This document shows, one piece after another, positions 46,974 to 57,600 of a DNA stretch of 64,000 nucleotides. The position numbers were made by a program, and so were the translations under genes. Location: NCBI GenBank assembly GCA_035475915.1, contig DATIMA010000172.1:24549-88548 (forward strand), read 5' to 3'. Origin of the DNA: Bryobacteraceae bacterium. Lineage in GTDB: Bacteria; Acidobacteriota; Terriglobia; Bryobacterales; Bryobacteraceae. The notes under the pieces were generated by a model. That model made no database searches, had not been told where the DNA came from, and saw nothing but the letters and a program-made list of their open reading frames with translations. The number at the start of each line of letters is the position of its first letter. Positions within the stretch are counted from its first letter, which is position 1.

Positions 46974-47783
46974 ATGCCGCACCAAGAAGACAGCCAGCAG
47001 TTCCAATGCGGAACTGCGCGCATACACATTTACCAATCCCGCTCAGCGTTGGGCACGGCTGCGGCGGCGCGAGCGGCTCAATTGATCACGAACGCCATCC
47101 AGAAACATAACCGGGCGAGGGTAATCGTCGCAACTGGAAATTCCCAACTCCCGCTCATCGAAGCTCTCGTCCAATGCGAGCTCAATTGGAAGGCTGTAGA
47201 GATATTTCACATGGACGAGTATGCGGGTATGAAAGCCGATCATCCGTCCAGCTTTCGTCATTGGATCCGGACGCGCGTTGAGGAGAAGGCACACCCGGGC
47301 AAAACGAATTACCTGGCCGGAGATGCCGCCGACCTGGATGCCGAAATGAGGCGATACTCGCAACTTCTTAACGCGGCGCCTATCGACCTTGCGTTCGTCG
47401 GTTTCGGGGAGAACGGGCATATCGCGTTCAACGATCCGCACGTAGCGGATTTCGACGATCCCGCAACGGTGAAGCGGATCACGCTGGATGAAGCTTCGCG
47501 GAGGCAACAAGCCGGAGAGGGGCATTTTAAGGATTTCGAGTCCGTTCCGAGAGAAGCTCTTACGGTAACCTGCAGCGGTCTGTTTCGCGCAGAGTCCTGG
47601 GTGTGCTGCGTTCCGGAACGCCGGAAAGCAGAGGCTGTGCGGAATGCATTAGAAGGTCCGATCTCGGAATCCTGCCCGGCATCGCTGGTTCGCAGACATC
47701 CGAACGCGGATGTGTATCTGGATGCCGACTCCGCTGCCCTGCTACCAGACGCGGTTCGGAATGCGGCGGCCACCAGGCCCTGA
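46974..47783 (+). CDS. Glucosamine-6-phosphate deaminase / 6-phosphogluconolactonase-family protein (NagB-like)
   Basis: VIVATGNSQLPLIEAL, FHMDEY and FVGFGENGHIAFNDP signatures. The ATG at 46974 was preferred over GTG at 46959, which lies inside the putative promoter. Confidence 0.75.
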   Translation: MPHQEDSQQFQCGTARIHIYQSRSALGTAAAARAAQLITNAIQKHNRARVIVATGNSQLPLIEALVQCELNWKAVEIFHMDEYAGMKADHPSSFRHWIRTRVEEKAHPGKTNYLAGDAADLDAEMRRYSQLLNAAPIDLAFVGFGENGHIAFNDPHVADFDDPATVKRITLDEASRRQQAGEGHFKDFESVPREALTVTCSGLFRAESWVCCVPERRKAEAVRNALEGPISESCPASLVRRHPNADVYLDADSAALLPDAVRNAAATRP

Positions 47784-47803
47784 GCGTCAACAACGAGATT
47801 GTT

Positions 47804-48802
47804 ATGAAAAAGCCTTATTATCTCCGACTGACCCGCAGCGCGGCTGCTTTCATTCTGATTTCCGCCACCCTCGGCGCCGCATCGGTTGAACTGAAGCGCT
47901 CGCAAAACCAAATTGAAGTTACCGTAGATGGGAAGCCCTTCACGACATACTATTTCAATGCCGGAACAGCAAAGCCATATCTGATGCCCTTGCGAGCGGC
48001 TTCGGGCGAAATTGTCACTCGCGGATTCCCGGTGCTAAACGACGCCTCCATGGGCAATCCGAAGACATCATCGTTTGAGCCGCACCAACGGCCTCTTTAT
48101 TTCGCTCACGGAAACATTGATGGTTTGGATTTTTGGGCAGAGCAGGTCTTCAACAAATATTACGGCGACCACGGCAACCAGGCGTACGGGCACATGGTCT
48201 TCAAAACCATCGAAGAACCGCACCAGCAAAACAACTCCGGAACTACGATCGTCGCGCGCTACACCTTGAACAGCCCCAACAATCGCGTGATCGGCGAAGA
48301 AACGCAATCCTTCACCTTCGGAGGCGATGCCCATACCAGAACCATCGATTGCGAATTCATTCTCTATGCCACCGCGGGGCCTTTAGATATGGGCGATACC
48401 AAGGAGGGCACGTTCGGCATCCGGCTCGCCCCGGAACTGAGCGGGTCACACGCTCACATGCTGAATTCGAAGGGAGCCGAAGGAGAAAAGGCAATCTGGG
48501 GCAAGCCTGCGGATTGGGTTGATTACTCCGGGACAATTTCAGGAAAAAAGGTAGACATCGCGGTGTTCGATAGCCCCAAGAGCTTTCGGCATCCGACCAC
48601 CTGGCACGCGCGCGCATACGGCCTGTTTGCGGCGAATCCATTTGGCCTTCGCGAGTTTACGCGTGATCCCGATAAAGATGGAAGCTGGACCATCCCGGAA
48701 GGAAAGTCACTCACTTTCCGATATCGTGTATTGATCAGCGAGGGTGGCCTGTCGGCAGATCAAATTAATGAAGCCTACCGTCAATACGCAGCTCAGCAAT
48801 GA
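47804..48802 (+). CDS. PmoA-family (DUF6807-like) secreted protein
   Basis: The ATG at 47804 gives a signal peptide. GKPFTTYYFNAGTAKPYLMPL...VTRGFP...HQRPLYFAHGNIDGLDFW matches the family pattern from memory. Confidence 0.6.
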   Translation: MKKPYYLRLTRSAAAFILISATLGAASVELKRSQNQIEVTVDGKPFTTYYFNAGTAKPYLMPLRAASGEIVTRGFPVLNDASMGNPKTSSFEPHQRPLYFAHGNIDGLDFWAEQVFNKYYGDHGNQAYGHMVFKTIEEPHQQNNSGTTIVARYTLNSPNNRVIGEETQSFTFGGDAHTRTIDCEFILYATAGPLDMGDTKEGTFGIRLAPELSGSHAHMLNSKGAEGEKAIWGKPADWVDYSGTISGKKVDIAVFDSPKSFRHPTTWHARAYGLFAANPFGLREFTRDPDKDGSWTIPEGKSLTFRYRVLISEGGLSADQINEAYRQYAAQQ

Positions 48803-50078
48803 GGAGCGGCAGGAGCGGCCCTCGTTATCCGCGAGGGATCGCAGGCGATGGTGGATCGTTTGGACACTCTTTTGTTCAACCGCGATCAATTACATTAACC
48901 GGCAGACATTATCCGTTCTCGCCCCGCTCATCTCAAAGCAGTTTCATCTAAACCACTCCCAGCTTTCAGACATTTTTGGCGCGTTTCAGATCTCGTATGC
49001 GCTGACATGGCTGGTGGGCGGCGTCTTTCTCGATATCGTAGGCACGCGGCTCGGGCTCTCGATTGGAGTTTTCTGGTGGTCCATTGTCAGCATCGTGACC
49101 AGCTTCGCAAATTCCGCACTTTCCTTCGGTATCCTGCGTTTCCTGCTGGGCATTGGTGAAGGCCTGAATTGGCCCGGAGCGAGCAAAGCCGTCGCGGAAC
49201 ACTTTCCCGCCGCGGAACGCAGTACCGCAGTGGCTATTTTTGACAGCGGTTCGAGCGTTGGAGGAGCGGTCGCGGCAATCGCGATTCCGTGGATCGCCTT
49301 GCAATTCGGATGGCGTTGGGCTTTTGGATTTTCGGGCGTGCTCGGGTTCTTGTGGCTGGCGCTGTGGCTGGTGGTTTACCCGCGCACTGGCACAGGTGCG
49401 AAGCAGGCGCCGCGAAATTCGCTGAAACTGAGCGACACCAAAAGCTGGCTCCCCATTCTAAAGCGGCGCGAGACCTGGGCCATCGTGCTGGGACGTTCCC
49501 TAACGGACCCCATCTGGTGGTTTTACGTCTTCTGGCTTCCGCAGTACCTCAGCGACACGCGCGGATTCAGCCTGAAGGAAATTGCGATCTTTGCCTGGAT
49601 ACCGTTCGTGGCCGCCGATATCGGCAACTTCGCGGGCGGGCTCACGTCCGGCGCGCTGGTGAAGCGCGGCATGCCGGTCATGCGCGCCCGAAAGTGGATT
49701 TGTGTCGTGAGCTGTATGCCTTTGCTCGCCGGAATTCCGGCGGTTCTGGTGGCAAGCCCGTTCTCGGCGCTCGCGTTCATTTGCCTGGCCTTGTTTGGAT
49801 TTGCAAGCTGGTCCACTATGGGACTGACTCTTCCTTCCGACCTGTTTCCTCCTGAGGTAGTTGGTTCCGTCACGGGCTTGAGCGGACTTGCAGCGGGTCT
49901 GGTGAGCACGCTATTCACCTTGCTGGTAGGAACGCTGGTAGATCACTTCTCTTATCTGCCAGCTTTTTTCCTCGCCGCCACGGCCCCCATTGTGGCGACG
50001 CTATGCGTCGTCTATCTCATTCCTACGACAGGCGGGCCTGGAGTGATGCGGCCTAATTCTATTCCCGAACAGGTGTGA
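48768..50078 (+). CDS. MFS transporter (hexuronate/ExuT-like)
   Basis: RRRWWIVWTLFCSTAINYINRQTLSVLAP and about 12 TM helices. The start overlaps the upstream gene by about 35 nt (alternative 48744). Confidence 0.8.
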   Translation: MKPTVNTQLSNEERQERPSLSARDRRRWWIVWTLFCSTAINYINRQTLSVLAPLISKQFHLNHSQLSDIFGAFQISYALTWLVGGVFLDIVGTRLGLSIGVFWWSIVSIVTSFANSALSFGILRFLLGIGEGLNWPGASKAVAEHFPAAERSTAVAIFDSGSSVGGAVAAIAIPWIALQFGWRWAFGFSGVLGFLWLALWLVVYPRTGTGAKQAPRNSLKLSDTKSWLPILKRRETWAIVLGRSLTDPIWWFYVFWLPQYLSDTRGFSLKEIAIFAWIPFVAADIGNFAGGLTSGALVKRGMPVMRARKWICVVSCMPLLAGIPAVLVASPFSALAFICLALFGFASWSTMGLTLPSDLFPPEVVGSVTGLSGLAAGLVSTLFTLLVGTLVDHFSYLPAFFLAATAPIVATLCVVYLIPTTGGPGVMRPNSIPEQV

Positions 50079-50079
50079 T

Positions 50080-52221
50080 ATGAAATCGAACCAGCTTGCT
50101 TTATCCAGACGTCAGGTCTTGTCTTTAGCGGCGACCGCTTGCGCGCTGCCGATCAAGATCTCCGCAGCGGAACTCTCGGGGTTTTATTATCGTGATTATT
50201 CAAAATGCCTACCGGACCATCTCTCGGCTCTTGCCCGTACTGCATATAACAAACGCAACCGCGCTCTCGGCCTTCTAACCGACGCCGAGAGCATCCACAA
50301 ACGCCAGGCCTGGGTGCGCAAGACGTTCTGGAAGTTAATCGGCGGCGAACCGGAACGGACCTCCCTGAAGCCCCGCAAGACGGGTGAGTTTGAGCGCGCC
50401 GGCTACCGGGTCGAGAAAATTGTTTACGAAAGCCGCCCCGGCCTTTTCGTTACCTCTAACCTCTACGTGCCCACAACGGGTAAGCCACCCTTTCCCGCGG
50501 TACTTTTTCAGATGGGACACTCGGACGCTGGGAAAGCCTACCCGAGCTATCAAAAATGCTGCCAAGGCCTCGCCCGGCTCGGCTATGCTGTGCTGGCGTT
50601 CGATCCCATGGGTCAGGGGGAGCGCATCGCTTACCTTGACTCATCCGGCGTCAGTACTCGCCTGCCATCAATCGACGAGGAGCATAGCTTTCCGGGCAAG
50701 CAAATGCTGCTGCTGGGCGATACGGCATCGCGGTATCAGGCGTGGGATGCCATCCGCAGCCTCGATTATCTTGCTTCGCTGCCCTTTGTTGACCCGCAGC
50801 GCTTAGCGTCGGCCGGTCAATCGGGAGGCGGCACGCTCACTATGCTGCTCGCTTGCGCCGATTCGCGGCTGGCAGCGGCGGCGGTTTGCTCCGGTAATAC
50901 GGAGAACGTTGCCTGTGCAAATTTCAATCCGCCAGGCTCCACGGACGACGCCGAGCAAGACCTGATTGGTTCCGGACCGCTTGGCTTCGATCGGTGGGAC
51001 CTGCTGTACCCGCTCGCTCCGAAGCCTCTTCTCATACAGGTAAGCGCACACGATTTCTTCGGCACATACTCTCCCCGCTATCTCAGCGATGGCCGTGAGG
51101 AATACGAGAAGCTGTTGAAGTGTTACAACGTTCTCGGCCACCCGGATCATCTTGGCTGGACCAGCACGCCGTTACCGCATTCCCTGAGTTACTCACTGCG
51201 ACTCAATATCTATAACTGGTTTGAGAAATGGCTTAAGAAATCGGACCAGATCATTAAGGATGAGCCGCCGGTAGCGCCGGAACCGGATAAAACTCTTTGG
51301 GTGGGGCCGACCGGCAACGTCGGGCGTGACTTTGCGAGCCTGCGTCCGTTCGACTTCATTAAGCGTGAAGCGGAAGCAACTCGACCCACAAAACCGGCGA
51401 AGTCCTGGACAGACGCAATCGGGTTGCGCCCTCCTGTACAGCAGTTGAAGATGCGCAAGTTGGCACACACGCCCTCCGAAGATGCCGCGATAGAAGCGAT
51501 TGAGATCCAACCGGGGCCGGAGGTTTGGGCCCCGGCGTGGCTCTTTACGCCCCAAAAAACCGATGCGAACCGGGCGGCCTTGCTGGTGCTGGATGATAGA
51601 GGCCGGAATGCAAATGCCGGTGAGAATGGCCTGTATCACCGAATCGCTCGCCGCGGACGGGTAGTCTGCGCGGCAGACATTCGCGGGATGGGAGATATGC
51701 GGCCGGAGGTCGGGCGCGGAAATCCCGGTTACACCATTTCCCACGATTCAGAAGAGGACTTCGCCTGGGCGTCGCTGATCCTCGGCGATTCACTATTGGC
51801 ACAGCGCATCGAAGACATTCTGGCGGTGGCGCAGTCGATGCGGAACGAGCCTGCTTTCGGCAACGGCCGTTTGGCGGTCGCCGCTAAAGGGCGGCTTACT
51901 ATTCCGGCGCTCTTTGCCTTCGCCGCATCTCCGGTTATCGATTCGCTATACCTGGCAGGCGGCCTGGTTTCGTATCGAAATTTGCTCGAAACCGAAAATT
52001 ACCGCGAACCACTTTCGAATTTTGCCTGGGATCTGTTCCGAGTGATCGATCTCCCGCAACTTGCCGGGCAGGCAGCGCCCCGTCGCCTTCATCTGGCAGG
52101 TACGGTGGATGCCGCCAACAACCGGATGGACCCCGCCGTGCTTCGGACTATTTATTCAGCCGGAAACACTACGATCTCGGCGGAGCCGCTCTGGGATGAA
52201 GATTCGCTGGGATCGGCGTAA
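50080..52221 (+). CDS. Tat-signal alpha/beta-hydrolase (acetyl-xylan-esterase/dienelactone-hydrolase-like), two-lobed 713-aa protein
   Basis: SRRQVLSLAATACA signal. Nucleophile elbow GQSGGG, and an N-terminal AXE1-like region (YRVEKIVYESRPGLFVTSNLYVP). Confidence 0.55.
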   Translation: MKSNQLALSRRQVLSLAATACALPIKISAAELSGFYYRDYSKCLPDHLSALARTAYNKRNRALGLLTDAESIHKRQAWVRKTFWKLIGGEPERTSLKPRKTGEFERAGYRVEKIVYESRPGLFVTSNLYVPTTGKPPFPAVLFQMGHSDAGKAYPSYQKCCQGLARLGYAVLAFDPMGQGERIAYLDSSGVSTRLPSIDEEHSFPGKQMLLLGDTASRYQAWDAIRSLDYLASLPFVDPQRLASAGQSGGGTLTMLLACADSRLAAAAVCSGNTENVACANFNPPGSTDDAEQDLIGSGPLGFDRWDLLYPLAPKPLLIQVSAHDFFGTYSPRYLSDGREEYEKLLKCYNVLGHPDHLGWTSTPLPHSLSYSLRLNIYNWFEKWLKKSDQIIKDEPPVAPEPDKTLWVGPTGNVGRDFASLRPFDFIKREAEATRPTKPAKSWTDAIGLRPPVQQLKMRKLAHTPSEDAAIEAIEIQPGPEVWAPAWLFTPQKTDANRAALLVLDDRGRNANAGENGLYHRIARRGRVVCAADIRGMGDMRPEVGRGNPGYTISHDSEEDFAWASLILGDSLLAQRIEDILAVAQSMRNEPAFGNGRLAVAAKGRLTIPALFAFAASPVIDSLYLAGGLVSYRNLLETENYREPLSNFAWDLFRVIDLPQLAGQAAPRRLHLAGTVDAANNRMDPAVLRTIYSAGNTTISAEPLWDEDSLGSA

Positions 52222-52223
52222 GC

Positions 52224-53273
52224 ATGAAGAGAAAATCTTTCAAAGATGTAGCCCGAGTGGCAAATGTGAGTGCGGCTACCGTCTCGCGTGTAGCCAAAGG
52301 CCAAGTAAATGTAGACGGAAGCATACGCGCCCGGGTTCGAAAAGCTGCCGAGGCGCTGGGCGTGGACCTCGATCAAAAGCGCAATGATAAGGCCAATATT
52401 ATTGCATTCATGCTGGCGAATCGCGATCTTCTGCATAATTTTCAGGCGCGTATTCTGTTCGGCTCCGAGGCCTATTGCGCCTCGCAGGATCGCGAGCTTC
52501 TGTTTATGTCATTCCGGTATTCCGCCAGCACGCCGGCGAAGGAACTCCATCTCCCCAGAATCCTGACTCAGCGCGGTATCGTGCGAGCGATGATTCTTGG
52601 CGGAACCAATTCGTCAAACATGCTCCATGCATTATGGGAGCGTGAAATTCCCTTTGCGGTGCTTGGAAATAACGTGCTTGGGGATTGGAAAGGGAGCGAG
52701 TACGATGCCGTATATTCCGATGACGTGCAGGGCGCTTTCGATCTCACTGCTCAGTTGATATCGGATGGACACCGCGATATCTGGTTCATTGGCGACGTAG
52801 ACTTGCCCTGGTACGCGCGCTGCGCAAAGGGTTATAGCCAGAGCATGGCGAAAGCCGGCCTGGAGCCGCGTTTCAGTGAGATTCATTCCGACGATCACCA
52901 ATTGGGCTATCTGGCCATGCGTTCCCTGCTCTCCCGGCGGGAACCGGTAACAGCCGTGTTCGCCGGCTCAGATCAGATTGCCAGAGGCGTATATGATGCC
53001 ATACGGCAGGCCGGCCTGAGTATCCCGGACGATGTCAGCGTAGCGGGTTTCAACGACAGCGAGGGGGCACTGATGGACCCGCCCCTTACCAGCGTGCGCG
53101 AGTTTCCGGAGGAGTTGGGAAAACATCTCGCCGAGCTTGTCCTGAAACGTATTCAGACCCCCGACCGGACGCCTCAGCAACTAACGATTCCGACTCGGGT
53201 CGTGGTGCGGCAATCGACCCGGCTGGCGTTGGTTAGAAGGAAGGAGTTCGAGCCGGTATACAGAGGCATTTAG
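52224..53273 (+). CDS. LacI-family transcriptional regulator
   Basis: HTH FKDVARVANVSAATVSRVAKG followed by a sugar-binding fold. Confidence 0.85.
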   Translation: MKRKSFKDVARVANVSAATVSRVAKGQVNVDGSIRARVRKAAEALGVDLDQKRNDKANIIAFMLANRDLLHNFQARILFGSEAYCASQDRELLFMSFRYSASTPAKELHLPRILTQRGIVRAMILGGTNSSNMLHALWEREIPFAVLGNNVLGDWKGSEYDAVYSDDVQGAFDLTAQLISDGHRDIWFIGDVDLPWYARCAKGYSQSMAKAGLEPRFSEIHSDDHQLGYLAMRSLLSRREPVTAVFAGSDQIARGVYDAIRQAGLSIPDDVSVAGFNDSEGALMDPPLTSVREFPEELGKHLAELVLKRIQTPDRTPQQLTIPTRVVVRQSTRLALVRRKEFEPVYRGI

Positions 53274-53452
53274 CCGTGCGGCTTCAGAGTCGCTCCTGCA
53301 ATTTCACTGGATGATGCAACCGGCAGAGGCGCGCCGTCGTCCATATTGGCTGCTCGCGCGTATTGAAGGCATCTCGCATAAGCTGCGCTATATTTAGCAT
53401 TCGCCCTCGGGAACGGCGCTTCGCCATATGATCAGGAGATGACATTACTGTA

Positions 53453-54628
53453 ATGAAAGACTGGGCGAAGGCCAACCGCACCAGGTCAGCAGCCGTTGTG
53501 GTTCTCGTATTGGCCCTCCTGCTAGCGGATTGTGGACCTTCAAACAGCCCCAAGAGTGATCTCCCGAGTGAAGCCCAATCGGAGAATGCCAGTCTGTTTA
53601 CGGTGTCTCCCGAGCAGCTTCCGCATTTGCACGTAGAGCCGGTGCGGAGTACGACTTGGCAGACCAGTGTCACAACAACCGGCACTGTGGATTGGGATGC
53701 GGATCACACCACCCAAGCAATCACTCAGGTCAGCGGCCCCATCACTCGCATCGTGGTCGATTATGGATCACATGTGCGTGCCGGCGATCCGCTGCTCTAT
53801 GTCGCGAGCCCCGATATTACGAATGCAGTAGCGACCTACAAAAAGGCTCGGGACCAGCAGGAACTGGCGCGGAAGGTTCTCGACCGCGAAAAGGAATTGC
53901 TCGCCCACGGCGCCGCTGCCCAGAAGGATGTAGAGAGCGCGGAGGCTGCCTACAACGACGCGGCTACCGATGTCCAGAACAGCTTGCAGGCGCTAAAGAT
54001 TTTTGCGATTACTCAGCAAGAACTGGAAAATGCCGAGCGGCAATCGGTGCCGATCAGCCCGGAACTTGCGGTTCGCGCGCCAATCGGAGGCACAGTAGTG
54101 CAGAAGCTGGTTATGCCGGGTCAGTTGATTCAGGCAGGATCCACCATCTGCTTCGTACTGAGCGATACGTCAACCGTTTGGGTGCAGGGACACATTTTCG
54201 ACCGCGATCTGCAGTTGGTACACGTCGGAGATGCCGTGGAGGAAGCCAACTCCTCGCTCGACCGGACCTTCCATGGCAGAGTTTCCTATATCGGAGCCAT
54301 GGTGGATCCGAACACGCGCACAACGCCAGTTCGCATTATCACCCGAAACGTTGGGGATCTCCTGAAGAAAGACATGTATCTAGAGGCGGAAATCCATACC
54401 AAGACGGATCGAAATGTTCTCAGCGTTCCCGTTTCGTCCGTGCTGCATGATACGGAAAATGAGCCCTTTGTATACGTCGAAGTCCGGCCGCGCGAATTCG
54501 CCCGGCGATCGGTCGCGGTTGGCGCCCGGCAAAACGGCGCGGCGGAAATTCGAAGCGGTCTGAAAGAAGGCGAGAAAGTGGTTTCGGAAGGCAGCGTGTT
54601 CCTGCAGTTCGCAAACAGCTATCAATAG
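53453..54628 (+). CDS. RND efflux periplasmic adaptor (CzcB/CusB-like MFP)
   Basis: Lipoprotein-like LLADCG, a coiled-coil hairpin and beta-barrel segments (VRAPIGGTVVQKLV). Directly upstream of the CzcA-like gene. Confidence 0.8.
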   Translation: MKDWAKANRTRSAAVVVLVLALLLADCGPSNSPKSDLPSEAQSENASLFTVSPEQLPHLHVEPVRSTTWQTSVTTTGTVDWDADHTTQAITQVSGPITRIVVDYGSHVRAGDPLLYVASPDITNAVATYKKARDQQELARKVLDREKELLAHGAAAQKDVESAEAAYNDAATDVQNSLQALKIFAITQQELENAERQSVPISPELAVRAPIGGTVVQKLVMPGQLIQAGSTICFVLSDTSTVWVQGHIFDRDLQLVHVGDAVEEANSSLDRTFHGRVSYIGAMVDPNTRTTPVRIITRNVGDLLKKDMYLEAEIHTKTDRNVLSVPVSSVLHDTENEPFVYVEVRPREFARRSVAVGARQNGAAEIRSGLKEGEKVVSEGSVFLQFANSYQ

Positions 54629-54639
54629 GCTCCTCCGGA

Positions 54640-57600
54640 ATGATTTCACGCCTGGTCTCGTTCGCCCTCTCACAGCGCTTCCTGATCGTAATCGCCTCGC
54701 TCGCATTGATGGTCTGGGGAGGAATCGCGTTCCAGCGCTTACCTATCGATGCGTATCCCGATCTTTCCCCGCCCCACGTTGAAATCATCACTCAATGGCC
54801 CGGCCACGCGGCGGAGGAGGTTGAGCGGCTAATCACGATTCCCATTGAAATCGAGATGAACGGCATTCCGCGCTTGGAATCGCTGCGCTCGATTTCGTTG
54901 TACGGCCTCTCTTCCGTTCAGATGAATTTTGATTACGGCGCCGATCCTTACTTCGTCAGGGAGCAGGCGTTCGAACGAGTGGCTAACGCCGCCATGCCAC
55001 AAGGCGTCGCGCCCAGCCTTTCTCCGCTTTACAGCCCCAGTGGTCTGATTTATCGCTACGTTCTCCAAAGCCCCGATCGATCACCACGAGAGCTAAAAAC
55101 CATCCAGGATTGGTTGTTGCAACGCAGCTACCGTTCCATTCCCGGTGTGGCCGACGATTCTGGTTTTGGCGGAACAACCATGCAGTACCAGGTGCTGCTC
55201 GATCCAAACAAACTCCTCACCTACGGCATTTCTGTCGCGCAAGTGCAGCAGCAGCTTAGCGCAAACAATGCCAACGCGGGCGGCGGTTTCTACTCACAGG
55301 GCGGCCAGATCTATTACATCCGCGGACTTGGATTAGTCACAAATACAGCCGATATAGGCAATGTCGTCCTGGCAATGCACAACGGCATCCCCGTTTACGT
55401 GCGTGATGTCGCGAAAGTGCAGATCGGTCACGCCGTACGGCTCGGACAGTTTGGATACATGCGCCAGGAGGAGGCCGTGGAGGGCGTCATCCTGATGCGC
55501 GTTGGAGAGCAGGCGCAGGTAATCCTGAAGCGTGTGGAAGAGAAGACGAATGAACTGAACCGGCGCGTATTGCCGCGGGACGTCAAAGTAGTTCCCTACT
55601 ACGACCGCAGCTATTTGATTGAGGAGACCACCCGCACCGTGGAGCGGAATCTGCTGCGCGGCATGATTCTGGTGCTGGTGATTCTCGGTTTGATGCTCTT
55701 CAGCGTACGCACCGCGCTCATCGTCGCGGTGACCATTCCGTTTTCGTTGCTGTTTGCCTTCATCTGCCTCGACCGAAGCCATATTCCGGCCAATCTTCTA
55801 TCGATCGGGGCAATCGACTTCGGAATCATCGTTGATGGCGCTGTAGTCATGGTCGAAAACATTTTCCGCGAACTGGCGGCACGGCACGGCCAGAGCTACA
55901 ACCTGCTGGATGTCATCCGCGGCGCGGCGCGCGACGTCGAGCGGCCCATTTTTTATGCTATCGCGGTAATTATCGCCGGATATCTTCCCATCTATGTGCT
56001 GACCGGTCCTTCAGGGCGCCTCTTCCGGCCGATGGCTGACACCATGTGTTTCGCGCTGGTCGGCTCGCTGCTCTGTGCTCTGACGCTGCTGCCGGTGCTC
56101 TGCGCGTATTTCATGCGCAAACACGTTCGCGAGCCTCAACTGAAACTCTATGACCGGCTCCGTAATTCATACGGCAGGGGTCTCGAAATCTGTTTGCGTA
56201 ATCGAATGCTGACGGTGGTCGTCTGTCTGGTGATTTTTTTGGCCTCGCTGCTGTTGATTCCGGGAATTGGCGCAGAGTTCATGCCGCATCTCGATGAAGG
56301 GGCGCTGTGGGTGCGCGCCACCACGCCATATACGATCTCATTCGAGGAAGCCTCCCGCCTTTCACCTCAAATCCGCGATGTTCTGCTGAGCTTCCCCCAG
56401 GTGACCACCGTTGCAAACGAATTAGGACGTCCCGACGACGGGACCGACCCAACCGGATTCTTCAACAACGAGTTTTATGTCGGGCTGCGGCCCTATGATG
56501 ACGCCTCCTGGCATCACGATATTCACACGAAACCGGAACTGATTGATGCCCTTCAGCGCAAGCTCTCTGCGTTCCCGGGCGTCATTTTCAACTACACCCA
56601 GCCCGCTGAGGATGCTGTAGACGAAGCCGAGACCGGATTGAAGAGTCTGCTGGCAGTCAAAATTTTTGGCAGCGATTTGAAGACACTGGAACAAAAGGCC
56701 GAGCAGGCGAGAGACATCCTCTCGCATGTGCGCGGCATCACTCACATCGTGATCGTCCGGGAACTGGGGCAGCCTAGCCTGCTCATCAAGCCGGATCGCG
56801 CCAAGATTGCGCGCTATGGCCTGAACGTCAGTGACGTGAATACTTTAATCGAGACTGCCCTGGGAGGCACCGCGGCAACGCAGGTCATTCAAGGGGAGGA
56901 GCAGTTCGATCTCGTAGTCCGAATGCAGGAACCTTTTCGCAGCGATGAAAACGCGATTAAGAATCTGCTGATCACCACGCCGGACGGGCAGCATCTTCCA
57001 CTCAGCCAGTTCGCTGACGTTCACATCGAAAACGGCGCATCGCTCATTTACCGTGAAGCGAACTCCAGATACATCGGAGTGCAATTCAGTGTTGATGGCC
57101 GGGACCTGGCCAGCGCCGTTGGAGAAGCGCGCAGAAAAGTGGCGCGACAGGTTAAGCTTCCAATCGGCTACTCGTTTGACTGGGGTGGCGAGTATCAAGA
57201 TTACCTGTCTTCGATGGCTCAGATGAAAGTGATCCTGCCGCTTACTGTGCTGCTGATCTTGCTGATCCTGTTCGCGCTCTATGGCAACTTGAAATTTCCT
57301 CTTATCATCTTCTTCAGCGTACTCATCACTCAGCCGGTAGGCGGATTGATCGCCCTCCGCATGACCGGGACAACCTTCAGCGTGTCGTCCATGCTGGGAT
57401 TTGTGGCGCTCATGGGCCTGGCGGTTCAGACCAGCGTGATTCTCTATTCCTTCATCAACAAGCTGAGGTTGGAAGGCAAAGATACCATGACCGCCACCCT
57501 GGAAGCTTCGGTTCTACGCCTGCGGCCGATCGCGATGACTGCGTTGGTGGCCTGTTTTGGCCTCCTACCCGCCGCAATGTCCACGGGAATCGGCAGCGAC

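Noticed and set aside
47309-47911. A 200-aa minus-strand ORF spanning the NagB-like/PmoA-family junction. The +ORF start at 47603 for the PmoA-family gene is a related case.
   Set aside because: The minus-strand ORF is antisense to two motif-bearing genes. The 47603 extension translates as Cys/Arg/Gly-rich sequence inside the NagB-like gene, whereas ATG 47804 gives a proper signal peptide.
53311-53397. A possible 28-codon leader peptide (MMQPAEARRRPYWLLARIEGISHKLRYI) in the 179-bp gap before the efflux operon.
   Set aside because: There is no Shine-Dalgarno sequence and no metal-binding Cys/His motif, and conservation cannot be assessed. It is too short to support from sequence alone.
53284-53685. 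A 133-aa minus-strand ORF upstream of and overlapping the efflux adaptor. The 264-aa +ORF 53656..54450 is similar.
   Set aside because: They overlap the well-supported CzcB-like CDS (53453..54628). They have no motifs and an Arg/Cys/Gly-rich composition.
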